Notes: generated by a model from the letters alone, not told the origin. DNA of 64,000 nucleotides from an uncultured Spirochaetaceae bacterium (GCA_964634205.1 CAZWKE010000003.1:9268-73267), one strand, 5' to 3'. Positions 27,001 to 35,462 are shown, counted from the stretch's first letter. A program made the numbers and translations.

Positions 27001-27940
27001 CATTAAAGGTCTCTCCCCGTACCGCCGCCTTTTCCAGCTGCTCATGGAACATCTTTTCGATTCGGGTGTACTGCTCCTTAAAATCCTCGATCTTTGCGGC
27101 ATACTCCGCATCAAGAGCCTGTGAAGTATCGTGAACCGTCTCCAGCATGGTTCGCAGCTCCAGGGTGATCTTTTCCTGTTCCTCCTGCGCACCGCTGATA
27201 ACCGCGCCGGTTTCGGAAGAAAGCTCGCTGATCCCCTGTTTTCTACGCTTGATGATCTCTTCATCCAGGCCGGACAGGAGTTCCCGATAGGCCTTTTCAG
27301 CGGTTTTCACCACCTCTGATCTGCGTTCCTCAAGCTTTTTCACGTACCCCGCCACACCGGTGACATTCTGTTCGATTATATGCAGATTTTGTTCAAGTTC
27401 CTCAATGCTGTCGCGATGTGTATCAAGCAGTTTTTTACGGATCTTATCCAGTTCAAGCCTGTTTTTCTCCGTAGATTTAGTCAGCGCGTTCTCCAGGGAC
27501 GTTTCCAGTTTGGTGATACGGTGCGAGACATCTTTTACCTGTGAACCTACCCGGTCGATAAAAACCGATTCATCCTTGATACGCGAAAGATTCTCATCAA
27601 CCCTGCCGGACATGGCGACAAGCTCATTTAACGTACCCGCGTAATTGTCTACGGTGGCTTTCATATTTTTGAAATCACCCTCTTTGGCCTTTAGGGCTTC
27701 TTCAAAAGTGAGAATCCGCTTTAAAACCTCTCTGCTCTTTTTCAGATTAAGATCCAGATCGACCGCGATATCATTAATCTCAACGGTTTTTTCCTTGATA
27801 AACACGGATATTTCTTCTTTCAGTTTGTCCGAAAAGCGTTTTACCTTTTCCAGACTTCTGTTGCGCTTATCAAGCGTTCTAAAGAGGATTACAATAATAA
27901 TAACTACCAAAAATGTAGGCAGGCTGAAAGTGTAGTCCAT
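24074..27940 (-). CDS. Giant membrane-anchored coiled-coil protein with a C-terminal helix-turn-helix
   Basis: 1288 aa. N-terminal transmembrane helix FSLPTFLVVIIIVILF. About 1150 aa of charged heptad-like sequence (E/K/L-rich). C-terminus LAHQGWSVQEIARATKLSRGEVELILEL is HTH-like. Very strong RBS GGGAGGGGAG. Confidence 0.55.
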   Translation of the reverse strand: MDYTFSLPTFLVVIIIVILFRTLDKRNRSLEKVKRFSDKLKEEISVFIKEKTVEINDIAVDLDLNLKKSREVLKRILTFEEALKAKEGDFKNMKATVDNYAGTLNELVAMSGRVDENLSRIKDESVFIDRVGSQVKDVSHRITKLETSLENALTKSTEKNRLELDKIRKKLLDTHRDSIEELEQNLHIIEQNVTGVAGYVKKLEERRSEVVKTAEKAYRELLSGLDEEIIKRRKQGISELSSETGAVISGAQEEQEKITLELRTMLETVHDTSQALDAEYAAKIEDFKEQYTRIEKMFHEQLEKAAVRGETFNDEVFHNLQESIDKKAREQAYEIEEYFKRVNTDLDTKKKEIGEMFGVLRSDANVWHVELDKQMKDLKRQISAKLRDLENEVSAGMTDFLNRARDTQESVSLEMEDFTKNVEQRLETYDEELAYKFQRLKDCNVDIEELEKSLRAYMAGVSDKIKSDFSDFGNRLEEERSAETAKADRELSRIRNEIEGIDSEVKALKTTAYENVSEKLQILEDDFFADFKERSLAVQTSLDKFQEEVLTRIEQIKQENNTTIESMAADTLEEKEHELREFIDSKIDVTRTEINENIESMVQAFEHRKTEIARSIQKYEEDFHQTRLAREQAAAEMDEYTKGVEERLGTYEEEISFKFKKLEDCNVDIESMEKSLRDYMDGITEKIRHDFSDFNKLLADERSAEKSRAAAELENYREEIENIEAEINTLKTRAYENVSGKLSVLEDDFFNDFRERSDALRKVIEEFQEEVSTKIETIKQENIRSIESAAGRAMQEKEAELREAIDTKLDSTQAEINGYIASMFKALEDGKIDVQQNIKQLEENFKNSREKLSAYFSGTTEEARQWHEEILQKYQDSEQDISEKLSGLTEDSSARINTLKQDVDERRQELEETFNSALNSLQHSFVERQTELETLFSTTFTTLEKNFAEQKNDLIDATTKERAHLKDELDRLVEKASGLGQGLSEIEKQQKNFVAQTKIFERADTLKINLESDIDSMKKELVKISAYKKDVDAINKEFVTTRKLVDDMSAKVREFVTEKKRINSMETDFKRLISISHEIDAKIVNITTNYDAVQELELKMRTLEDLEKEVDTRFARLEQKKKVLDSTTQGVDKNFQKLTGLDKSLGEMQKEMKGIPSLIKELKAEIELISANKEKTDAVVDKMEGIDHLILELEARMDKLNIAREWLARAETRLEQVNTQAQEQLRLLESLIKEEVAQTKKDRGAPSSDKRQTVVKLAHQGWSVQEIARATKLSRGEVELILELIPEK
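25370..26701 (-). repeat. Diverged in-frame tandem duplication (2 x ~666 bp, 2 x ~222 aa) inside the giant gene
   Basis: Protein residues 414-635 and 636-857 align colinearly (EMEDFTKNVEQRLETYDEELAYKFQRLKDCNVDIEELEKSLRAYM versus EMDEYTKGVEERLGTYEEEISFKFKKLEDCNVDIESMEKSLRDYM, roughly 50% identity). DNA identity is only partial, so the duplication is ancient. Confidence 0.8.
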
Positions 27941-27984
27941 TGCTCCCCTCCCATGGGATATTTGTCTTTTATATTATCTCACCC

Positions 27985-28047
27985 TATACGTATTGTCAAT
28001 TATTTTTTTAACATTTTTCTATTATACGTATTGTAACCGACAATAGG
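27985..28047. promoter_or_regulatory. Operator-like cluster with the TATTGT/ACAATA half-site
   Basis: TATACGTATTGTCAAT at 27985..28000. TATACGTATTGT-AACCG-ACAATA at 28023..28045, a perfect TATTGT-N5-ACAATA palindrome carrying the same TATACG prefix. The inverse half-site TTGACAATA recurs at 28094..28102. Confidence 0.5.
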
Positions 28048-28060
28048 TATCCCGACCTCA

Positions 28061-28090
28061 ATTTTACAATATTTTACAATTTTTTACACC
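28061..28090 (+). promoter_or_regulatory. Three tandem 10-bp direct repeats abutting the -35 box: OmpR/PhoB-type response-regulator binding-site architecture
   Basis: ATTTTACAAT, ATTTTACAAT, TTTTTACACC at a 10-bp period. They end 3 nt before TTGACA at 28094. Confidence 0.5.
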
Positions 28091-28093
28091 AGG

Positions 28094-28127
28094 TTGACAA
28101 TAGTGGGCGAAAGCAGGGTATTATATA
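28094..28127 (+). promoter_or_regulatory. Sigma-70-like promoter for the HK/RR operon
   Basis: TTGACA (28094..28099), spacer 19 (or 18), then TATTAT (28119..28124). Confidence 0.4.
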
Positions 28128-28142
28128 AGTACGAGGGATCGA

Positions 28143-30068
28143 TTGAAGGCCCGTAAAAAAAGAATACATAGCATGCACCTCATTATCATTCTGGCCGCGG
28201 TCATCATTATTCCCGGAATAATACTTGGGATATTGGCCTTGCGCGCGATCGAAAGAGAAGAAGCATATATCGAAAAAAATTTTACTCTGACCCTGACGTC
28301 CGAAGTAAACAGCGCGGTCACCCTGGTGGATAATGAAATGAAAGCCGTCCGGGATGAGTTGTCCGCCGTGATCCGTTTCCCGGAAGAACGGAATGCCGCC
28401 CTTGCGCTGCAAAAGATGCGGCAGGATTCCTCTCTGATCGGCCTCCCCTTCCTGCTTTCATCGCATCGCGTGGTAGTCTATCCCCCCCGCACGAAGCCCC
28501 CTTCGCAGGAAGAGTCTCTGCTTGAAAAACAGAACCGGGAGCTGTTTGAAGACACGGTTTCCATTCCGGTCTATAAGAACATCGTCAAGGAGTATAAAGA
28601 CACCATTTTAAATGAAGACGTACAGTCCACAGCCCCGAATCAGGCACCGGCCGAAGCGGTCCCGCAGAAAGGGGACAATGCGCCCAGGCAAAGCGAATCG
28701 GCCAAAGCCCTGCAGGAGGAGATTGAGACACAACAGGCGATAAACCGCTTTAACAATTCCGAACCCCTGCGTCAGAAGATTTATAAACAGGCCAGGGAAC
28801 AGGGGCAGGAGGTACTGGTAAGAAATATTATTCTTCCGGCGGACAATTCCGACGCACTGAACAAACAGTGGTCATACTTCATCCTGGAATCCCATACCTT
28901 CAGCCAGATTATCGGGAAGGCCTCCCGGGGAATTATCCCCCGTTTTATCGAAGACAAGCTGTACCTGTTATACTGGAAGAAAAATACGCGGGACTCGGTT
29001 GTAGGGTGTGTGATCGATATCGATGCTTTAAAGCAGCGCCTGCTGCAGGTCATGCCCCGGGTATTTTCACAGACCCGCATCCTGGTGATCCTTGATGAAA
29101 AAGCCAAACCCCTGGTTGTTCCCGAGGGAGAAGAACAGCGGCAGTGGTTTACCCCTTTTGCCGCGCAGGAAATTTCAGAGCTCTTGCCCCGCTGGGAAAT
29201 TGCCGCGTATCTTACCAATCCGAACGTCATCAGGGACAAAGCCCAGTCGACCGCGCTGGTACTATGGATTTTGATCGCGTTTCTGCTTGTGGCCCTGTTT
29301 CTGGGCGGGGTGTTTTTGACCGGGCTGCTGATGGGCCAAATGAAGCTGGCCCAACAAAAAACCAATTTTGTGGCCAATGTTTCCCATGAACTGAAAACAC
29401 CGCTGACCTCCCTGCGTTTGTTTGCCGAGTTATTACGTGACAACAGGCAGCCTGACGCGGCAAAACGTAAGCAGTACCTGGAAACCATGGTTTCCGAAAC
29501 CGAGCGCCTTACCCGGCTTATCAATAATGTACTGGATTTTACGCGGATGGGAAAAGGGAAAAGAAACTATCACCCGCGGCCGTGCGATATCGGCGGATTA
29601 TGCGAAGATATAATCCGGGCTCAGCGGGCACGCTTGGAACATAAAGGGTTTACCGTAAAAATCACCTGCCCTGCGGGGCCGGTCACGGCCCGTATTGATG
29701 AAGAAGCCCTAAAACAGGTTATGATCAACCTGTTGTCAAACGCGGAAAAGTATTCCGGGAACAGAAAAAGTATTGAGGTAACAGTATCCCGGGACACAAA
29801 CAATGTCATCATTAATATTCTGGACAGGGGACCGGGCATTCCCCCGAGACTTTCGGAAAAGATCTTCAAAGAGTTTTACCGGGTGGACGATTCCCTGACG
29901 GCCGCGGTGAGCGGCAGCGGCCTGGGACTGTCCATCTCCAGAAAAATATTGCGTGACCATGGTGGTGACATCCGCTACCTCCCGCGCAGCGGGGGAGGAA
30001 GCCGTTTCCGGATTTTTATACCAAAGGGAGAAAACGAGCATGCGAAAACAAAAGATTCTCATTATTGA
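28143..30068 (+). CDS. Sensor histidine kinase (two transmembrane helices with a large periplasmic domain)
   Basis: 641 aa from the TTG at 28143 (with a GAGGGA Shine-Dalgarno); alternative ATG at 28173. Transmembrane helices at about residues 12-35 and 370-395. HisKA H-box VSHELKTPLTSL. HATPase motifs DRGPGIP and GSGLGLSI. Confidence 0.85.
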   Translation: MKARKKRIHSMHLIIILAAVIIIPGIILGILALRAIEREEAYIEKNFTLTLTSEVNSAVTLVDNEMKAVRDELSAVIRFPEERNAALALQKMRQDSSLIGLPFLLSSHRVVVYPPRTKPPSQEESLLEKQNRELFEDTVSIPVYKNIVKEYKDTILNEDVQSTAPNQAPAEAVPQKGDNAPRQSESAKALQEEIETQQAINRFNNSEPLRQKIYKQAREQGQEVLVRNIILPADNSDALNKQWSYFILESHTFSQIIGKASRGIIPRFIEDKLYLLYWKKNTRDSVVGCVIDIDALKQRLLQVMPRVFSQTRILVILDEKAKPLVVPEGEEQRQWFTPFAAQEISELLPRWEIAAYLTNPNVIRDKAQSTALVLWILIAFLLVALFLGGVFLTGLLMGQMKLAQQKTNFVANVSHELKTPLTSLRLFAELLRDNRQPDAAKRKQYLETMVSETERLTRLINNVLDFTRMGKGKRNYHPRPCDIGGLCEDIIRAQRARLEHKGFTVKITCPAGPVTARIDEEALKQVMINLLSNAEKYSGNRKSIEVTVSRDTNNVIINILDRGPGIPPRLSEKIFKEFYRVDDSLTAAVSGSGLGLSISRKILRDHGGDIRYLPRSGGGSRFRIFIPKGENEHAKTKDSHY

Positions 30069-30738
30069 AGACGATCGTGCCATTATCACGGGCATACGCG
30101 ACCTTTTGCAAAGTGAGCACTACGCCGTTTCCATTGCTTACGACGGCAGGACGGCCCTGGAACGCTACCGGCAGGACAGACCTGACCTGGTGCTGTTGGA
30201 TATCATGATCCCCGAAAAAAGCGGGTATGAGGTATGTAAAGAAATCCGCAAAACGGACCGTGCCACACCGATTGTTATGCTGACAGCCAAATCGCAGGAG
30301 GTGGATAAGGTAGTGGGCTTTGACCTGGGCGCGGACGATTACGTCGTCAAACCATTCGGGGTGCAGGAACTGCTTGCCCGCATCCGCACCTGTCTGCGCC
30401 GCAGCAGTCCGCAGGAAAAGCATCCCGACAATAGTGAAATCAGTTTCGGCAACGTCCGGATTAATCCCAAAACGCTTCAGGGCAGAAAGGGCAAAGAGGA
30501 GTTTCCCCTGGTACAGCGCGAGGTTGACCTGCTGCGCTATTTTCTGGATCACGAAGGCGAGGTGCTGGACCGGTTTGCCCTTTTGGACAAGATTTGGGGA
30601 TTGAGTTACGGCGGTACCACCCGCACCCTGGACCAGCACATCTCCAAACTGCGCCGGAAGATTGAGGATGATCCGGCCCGGCCCAGACATATCATCACTG
30701 TCCATACCGTGGGGTACAAATTCAGCAGAGGCGCATAG
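30040..30738 (+). CDS. OmpR-family response regulator (REC + winged-helix)
   Basis: Starts at ATG 30040 (MRKQKILIIEDD) after RBS AAAGGGAG. The track ORF extends upstream without support. DLVLLDIMIP carries the phospho-Asp. C-terminal VHTVGYKF is an OmpR-type wing. Overlaps the HK 3' end by 29 bp. Confidence 0.85.
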   Translation: MRKQKILIIEDDRAIITGIRDLLQSEHYAVSIAYDGRTALERYRQDRPDLVLLDIMIPEKSGYEVCKEIRKTDRATPIVMLTAKSQEVDKVVGFDLGADDYVVKPFGVQELLARIRTCLRRSSPQEKHPDNSEISFGNVRINPKTLQGRKGKEEFPLVQREVDLLRYFLDHEGEVLDRFALLDKIWGLSYGGTTRTLDQHISKLRRKIEDDPARPRHIITVHTVGYKFSRGA

Positions 30739-31082
30739 GCGGCAGTCACCTGATAAATTTGCATTTGTCCGTCCGATTGAACATTATTGCCAATATGATC
30801 ACCACCAAAGGGAGCAAAAAAGCCTTTCACAACCGGGGCAAAGGGCTGTTTTCCTATGACAACCTGTTTTTTTCAGCTTGCTTTTACCCCTTGCCATTGT
30901 TCTTCCCGCTTTTATCATCAACTTTTCGCTGGAACTTGTCATCGCTGTTGTCCTGCTGTTGGGTTCGCTTGCGTTCCGTGTTTTCTCTATTGTCCCGAAG
31001 GTTTCCTGTTCGCACTGCAAAGCAAAAGGCGCGTGCCCGCAATACTCACTGCTGCATGCGGTCCGAAAAACATTAATGGCCG

Positions 31083-32117
31083 TTACAGCTTCCGGCAGGA
31101 ATCGCGGATAACCGGTTCGGCCTCCAGAACGGTTTCACGCGGGCAATGCTCGGCCGAAACGTGGGCCAGAATTTTTTTTACCGCAAGTTCCGCCAGTCCG
31201 GCGTAATCCTGCTTTACGGTGGTTATTCCCGGGACATAGTGCTTTGAGATAAAGATATCATCAAACCCCGTCACGCTGATATCACCGGGTACGGAGAAGC
31301 CTGCCTTAAAAACCTGTTTTATGGCCCCTAAGGCCAGGGTATCATTCATGCACATGACCGCACTGGGCCGGTCTTTCAACCGCAGAATCTGTTCCATGCT
31401 TGAGGCCCCGCTGTCCACAAGGTAACGGCCGCAGACGATCCATTCATCCCGTATTTCCAGATTGTGCGCGGCAAGTTTCTCCTTGAACACCTCTATCTTT
31501 TCTTCGGTGATAAGGAATCCCCTGTCGCCCGTGATCAGCCCGATCTTCTTGTGATTGCACGAAAGTACATAATCGATGATTTTGGCAAATGCTTTCCTTT
31601 CATCAGTGCGGACTATATAGCAGTTGTTGATATCGATTTTGCTGTTGATAAACACCACGGGGACCCTCTCGCTTAAGGACCTTATTTCCTTTAAAAATGA
31701 GGATTTGGGATTTTTCTGGTTGGCCTTGCCGCCGAGAAAAATAAAGCCGTCCACCTGTCTTTTCTCGATCAAATGCAGCAGTTCGGTCTCATTTTCCTGC
31801 CAGCTGTTGATTATACCGAACAACAGGGTATAGCCGACGGAGGTACAGAACAGTTCCGCCTCATTACAGATGGTGACAAAAAAAGGGTTGGAAAGCTCCT
31901 CTACCAACATGCCGATAGTGTTCGAAACACGATTACAAAGCGCCCGGGCAATAAGGTTGGGTTCATAATTGCACTCATCAATAACCCGCTGGACCTTTTC
32001 CCGGGTATCTTCCCTCACGTTCAGTTTGCCGGTCAACACCCGGGAGACCGTGGCGATGGACACACCTGCCCTTCTGGCGATATCATAGATGGTAATATGA
32101 TCCTTCAGCAGGCTCAT
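31083..32117 (-). CDS. LacI-family transcriptional regulator
   Basis: 344 aa. N-terminal HTH ITIYDIARRAGVSIATVSRVLTG. Followed by a periplasmic-binding-protein-like sugar-binding fold. Confidence 0.85.
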   Translation of the reverse strand: MSLLKDHITIYDIARRAGVSIATVSRVLTGKLNVREDTREKVQRVIDECNYEPNLIARALCNRVSNTIGMLVEELSNPFFVTICNEAELFCTSVGYTLLFGIINSWQENETELLHLIEKRQVDGFIFLGGKANQKNPKSSFLKEIRSLSERVPVVFINSKIDINNCYIVRTDERKAFAKIIDYVLSCNHKKIGLITGDRGFLITEEKIEVFKEKLAAHNLEIRDEWIVCGRYLVDSGASSMEQILRLKDRPSAVMCMNDTLALGAIKQVFKAGFSVPGDISVTGFDDIFISKHYVPGITTVKQDYAGLAELAVKKILAHVSAEHCPRETVLEAEPVIRDSCRKL

Positions 32118-32167
32118 ACCTTAATTGTACACCGTGTTGCCGTGTTATATCAAGAAATTAATACCGT

Positions 32168-32202
32168 ATAAAACTGATGCCGGGGGCCCGGATCAGGCCC
32201 CC
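32168..32202 (-). terminator. Putative terminator downstream of htrA
   Basis: GC-rich 7-bp stem GGGGGCC / GGCCCCC (32182..32202). On the minus strand a T-run follows after 8 nt. Confidence 0.35.
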
Positions 32203-32208
32203 ACAAGC

Positions 32209-33756
32209 TTATTTTACCACTCCCAAAATAACCTCATTTCCTTCCCGGTACACCCGAAACAGTACCTCCTCGGACGAGGAATCATTGAGGCCTTTATAGA
32301 AATCCATTACGGTATTGATCTTTGTCTTGTTGATTTTCACTACCACGTCCCCCTGGCGCAGTCCGGCCAGTCCCGCGGGTGCCTTGGCGATGACATTACC
32401 GATCACCACCCCGTTCATGCCGTCGGGCAGGTTAAGGCGCTTACGGATGTCGTCATTAATCCGCAAAGGCACCATCCCCGGCCAGAGATTGGTGTTCGAC
32501 TGCACCTTGTCTTCATCGGCCCGCACGGTCAGGGTGACATGCAGCTTCATTTCTTTACCGTACCGGATAATCACAAACGGAACATTCTGCCCCGGCGGAA
32601 TATTCCCCACGATCGAGGTCAGATGCGTGGCATCCTTTATATCGGTCTTGTCCACCTTTATTACCAGGTCTCCCGGGAGGATACCGGCTTTGTATGCCGG
32701 TGAGTTCTTGAACAGGTTCAACACCAGCGCACCCTTTTTCCCCGTGATCTCCAGGTCTTCGGGCACACCGGGATAATAGTCCGGATTCGGGTCGCCTATC
32801 TGTACCCCCAGCCAGCCGTATTCAACCTTTCCCTTGGTCATAAAATCATTGATTACCTTTTTGGCATTGTTTATGGGGATGGCGAATCCCAGTCCGATAC
32901 TCTGCCCGGTACGGGAGGCGATCCAGGTGTTTATGCCGATAACCTCACCTTTGATATTAAGCAGCGCGCCGCCCGAGTTCCCCTGGTTGATGCTGGCGTC
33001 GGTCTGGATATAATCGGTAAAATTGGCGATACCGGACGTCCCCCCGCCGAAGGCATCGTCCGCTCTTCTTCCCAGGGCGCTTACCACCCCGACGGTAAAG
33101 GACGATTCGAATCCAAGCGGATTGCCAATGGCCAGCGCCCAGTCTCCTACCTGAACCTTATCCGAATCACCGATCAGCGCCACGGGGACATCGCCGTTGG
33201 CTTCAAACTCTATCAACGCCAGGTCGGTGCGCGGATCTTTGCCGACTATCCGTGCGGCAAACTCCCTGCCGTCATGAAGCTTTACACTGATTTCATCCGC
33301 ATGGCCGACCACATGGTTGTTGGTGATTACATATACCTTGTTGCCGGATTTTTGCACAATTACGCCCGAACCGAGGCCGGGGCGTTTATATTCATATTCT
33401 TTTTTGTTATTCTTCTGATCGGGTTTCCCGTTTTCATTGAAATCGAAAAAATACTCCCACGGTGAGTCCGAATCCGGCATCCGCTGCTTCACCACTTCAA
33501 CCACATTTATCTCCACCACCACCGGCAGCCCGATATTGGCGACGTTGCGAAAGGAGTATTGAATATCCTCCAGTACGGCCATACCCTGCTTGACGTTATC
33601 ATAATCCTTGGCAAAGGCGCGGCTTAAATTCCCTCCGCCGCCCGAGCAGGAATAGATAATCGCGGTTGAGATGACAAAACCCAATATCATTGATACAAGA
33701 GCTACATTAAAAATAAGAAATTTCTTTGAATAGAAAATACTTGGTCTACGCTTCAT
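32209..33756 (-). CDS. htrA: Periplasmic serine endoprotease DegP/HtrA (trypsin-like domain + 2 PDZ)
   Basis: 515 aa. Transmembrane/signal N-terminus. Catalytic His in HVVGHAD, Asp in DLALI, and GNSGGAL serine motif. Two C-terminal PDZ domains. Confidence 0.9.
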   Translation of the reverse strand: MKRRPSIFYSKKFLIFNVALVSMILGFVISTAIIYSCSGGGGNLSRAFAKDYDNVKQGMAVLEDIQYSFRNVANIGLPVVVEINVVEVVKQRMPDSDSPWEYFFDFNENGKPDQKNNKKEYEYKRPGLGSGVIVQKSGNKVYVITNNHVVGHADEISVKLHDGREFAARIVGKDPRTDLALIEFEANGDVPVALIGDSDKVQVGDWALAIGNPLGFESSFTVGVVSALGRRADDAFGGGTSGIANFTDYIQTDASINQGNSGGALLNIKGEVIGINTWIASRTGQSIGLGFAIPINNAKKVINDFMTKGKVEYGWLGVQIGDPNPDYYPGVPEDLEITGKKGALVLNLFKNSPAYKAGILPGDLVIKVDKTDIKDATHLTSIVGNIPPGQNVPFVIIRYGKEMKLHVTLTVRADEDKVQSNTNLWPGMVPLRINDDIRKRLNLPDGMNGVVIGNVIAKAPAGLAGLRQGDVVVKINKTKINTVMDFYKGLNDSSSEEVLFRVYREGNEVILGVVK

Positions 33757-33890
33757 GATTACACACCTCCGTCTCCTCTTATCATATTAAACAAAATATT
33801 CCTCTAAAAGTAACAGTTCTTCCTTTCTCTATAAAAAATAACAATATTTCAGGATAAAAATCAATATGTAGTGAATGTTCAAAATGCGAA

Positions 33891-35462
33891 TTACTGTACC
33901 GGAAAAGATACCTCAAAACAGGCACCACCCTGCGGTCTGTTGTATACGCCGATGCTGCCGTCGTAGCTTTCCACGATAACCTTGACGATCGACAGGCCCA
34001 GACCGGTGTGTTGGTTCTCACCGCCGTTTTTCTGCCGGAATGAAAAAAACCGTTCAAAAATCTTTTCCCGATGTTCATCGGGAATACCCGGTCCGTTGTC
34101 ACTGACGCGAACAAGCGCGTTTCCGTTATTTTGCTCCAGGGAAAGCTCTACGGTCCCGTTTTTTTCGGAAAAACTAATGGCGTTATCGATGATGTTTTCC
34201 AAGACCTGGGCAATCCGTTCCGGAGAAGCGGGGACGGTCACCGGTTCCTCGGGGATATGAAGGCTAAACGCAATTGTCCTGTGACGCATCTTGAACGCTT
34301 CGGCCACATGCAGGCACAGGGTATTCATGTGGACGGGCTCCTTTGATTCCTGGGCCAGACTGGCGTCGATCTTGGTTATCTCCCGCGCACCGGTGAGTAA
34401 TCGCTCCATTCTGGCGACATCTTTCTGGATCATCTTCAGGAATTTTATGCGTTCCCGGTTCTCATCGGTCATCAGCGCGATGTCCGTTGCCGAACGGATG
34501 GAGGCCAGGGGGTTTTTAAATTCATGAGAAATGTCCGCGGCAAAGGATTCGATAAAGCTGAGATGCTGTTCCAGCCTGCTGGTAAGGGAGGTCAGGGAGC
34601 GGGACAGGTCCCCGATCTCATCCATACGGTGTGTCTGCCTGATATGCCTGGTAAGCCGCCCGCTATGGTCAAGCACCGCCTCGGCCTCCTTTCTCAGCTT
34701 GTCAAGCGGACGCGCGATGGTGCCGGACAATACTATGCTTAATACAATGGCCGCGAATATTGAATAGAGGAAAACCTTGACAATTCCCTGACGCACTTCA
34801 TAGAGGTCTACCAGTATCCTGTAGGTGGATTGAGAAACCAGGACCACGCCCACCACCGAATTAAAACTGCGGATGGGAATGGCGCTGTAAAGGATGATCG
34901 ACTGTTGGCCGCCGATTGCGTACCGCGTGGTGGCCCCGTATCTCCCCTCAAGGGCGGCCTTGATTTCCGGACCTAAGAGGGGTTTACCGAAGGTATAATA
35001 ATCCGCGGTTTCCAATTCCGGCTTGGGGGGACCGTACCAATCACGGAAAAGGCGTATCGGGGTGAGGAAAAGATCGTACACCCAGTTCGGCCGCTCCCCT
35101 TGCGGCTGTCTTTGTTCGGCATAACCCTCGGTAGCCGGTGTCGTGATCTCTTTCTTCTGAAACAGAGCACTGGAATCCGCCAGCAGATTGCCCTGCTCGT
35201 CAACGATCCTCAGCCTGGACTTCATTCTCCCCTTAAGCCGCTTCAATAAATTTTGCGCGGTATCCTGTTCCAGAAAACCGCGATCGGCCAGGGCGGCGGC
35301 CAGAATTCTTCCCTGCTGCACCATATCATCTTCCTGTGCTTTCAGAAGCTGTTTTTCATAGACATCAAGAAAAAACACCGCGCTTACCGGCACAATAACC
35401 AGCAGCAGGTTAAAGGCAAGAAGCCGCCAAACAATACGGGAAAAAAATCTCAGTAGTCTCAT
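33891..35462 (-). CDS. Sensor histidine kinase (EnvZ/CpxA-like: 2 TM, HAMP, HisKA, HATPase)
   Basis: 523 aa. Two transmembrane helices. H-box ISHEFKNPLASI. HATPase motifs DNGPGIP and GLGLSIV. Confidence 0.85.
   Translation of the reverse strand: MRLLRFFSRIVWRLLAFNLLLVIVPVSAVFFLDVYEKQLLKAQEDDMVQQGRILAAALADRGFLEQDTAQNLLKRLKGRMKSRLRIVDEQGNLLADSSALFQKKEITTPATEGYAEQRQPQGERPNWVYDLFLTPIRLFRDWYGPPKPELETADYYTFGKPLLGPEIKAALEGRYGATTRYAIGGQQSIILYSAIPIRSFNSVVGVVLVSQSTYRILVDLYEVRQGIVKVFLYSIFAAIVLSIVLSGTIARPLDKLRKEAEAVLDHSGRLTRHIRQTHRMDEIGDLSRSLTSLTSRLEQHLSFIESFAADISHEFKNPLASIRSATDIALMTDENRERIKFLKMIQKDVARMERLLTGAREITKIDASLAQESKEPVHMNTLCLHVAEAFKMRHRTIAFSLHIPEEPVTVPASPERIAQVLENIIDNAISFSEKNGTVELSLEQNNGNALVRVSDNGPGIPDEHREKIFERFFSFRQKNGGENQHTGLGLSIVKVIVESYDGSIGVYNRPQGGACFEVSFPVQ

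Noticed and set aside
28781-29524. 247-aa minus-strand ORF inside the sensor kinase
   Set aside because: Antisense shadow. The kinase H-box and G-boxes are on the plus strand.
30016-30705. 229-aa minus-strand ORF inside the OmpR-family RR
   Set aside because: Antisense shadow ORF.
30856-31206. 116-aa ATG-initiated Cys-rich ORF
   Set aside because: Its 3' third runs antisense through the LacI-family gene. The composition is low-complexity Cys/Phe, probably a chance ORF in GC-skewed spacer.
32125-32703. 192-aa plus-strand ORF opposite htrA
   Set aside because: Antisense shadow. htrA catalytic motifs are on the minus strand.
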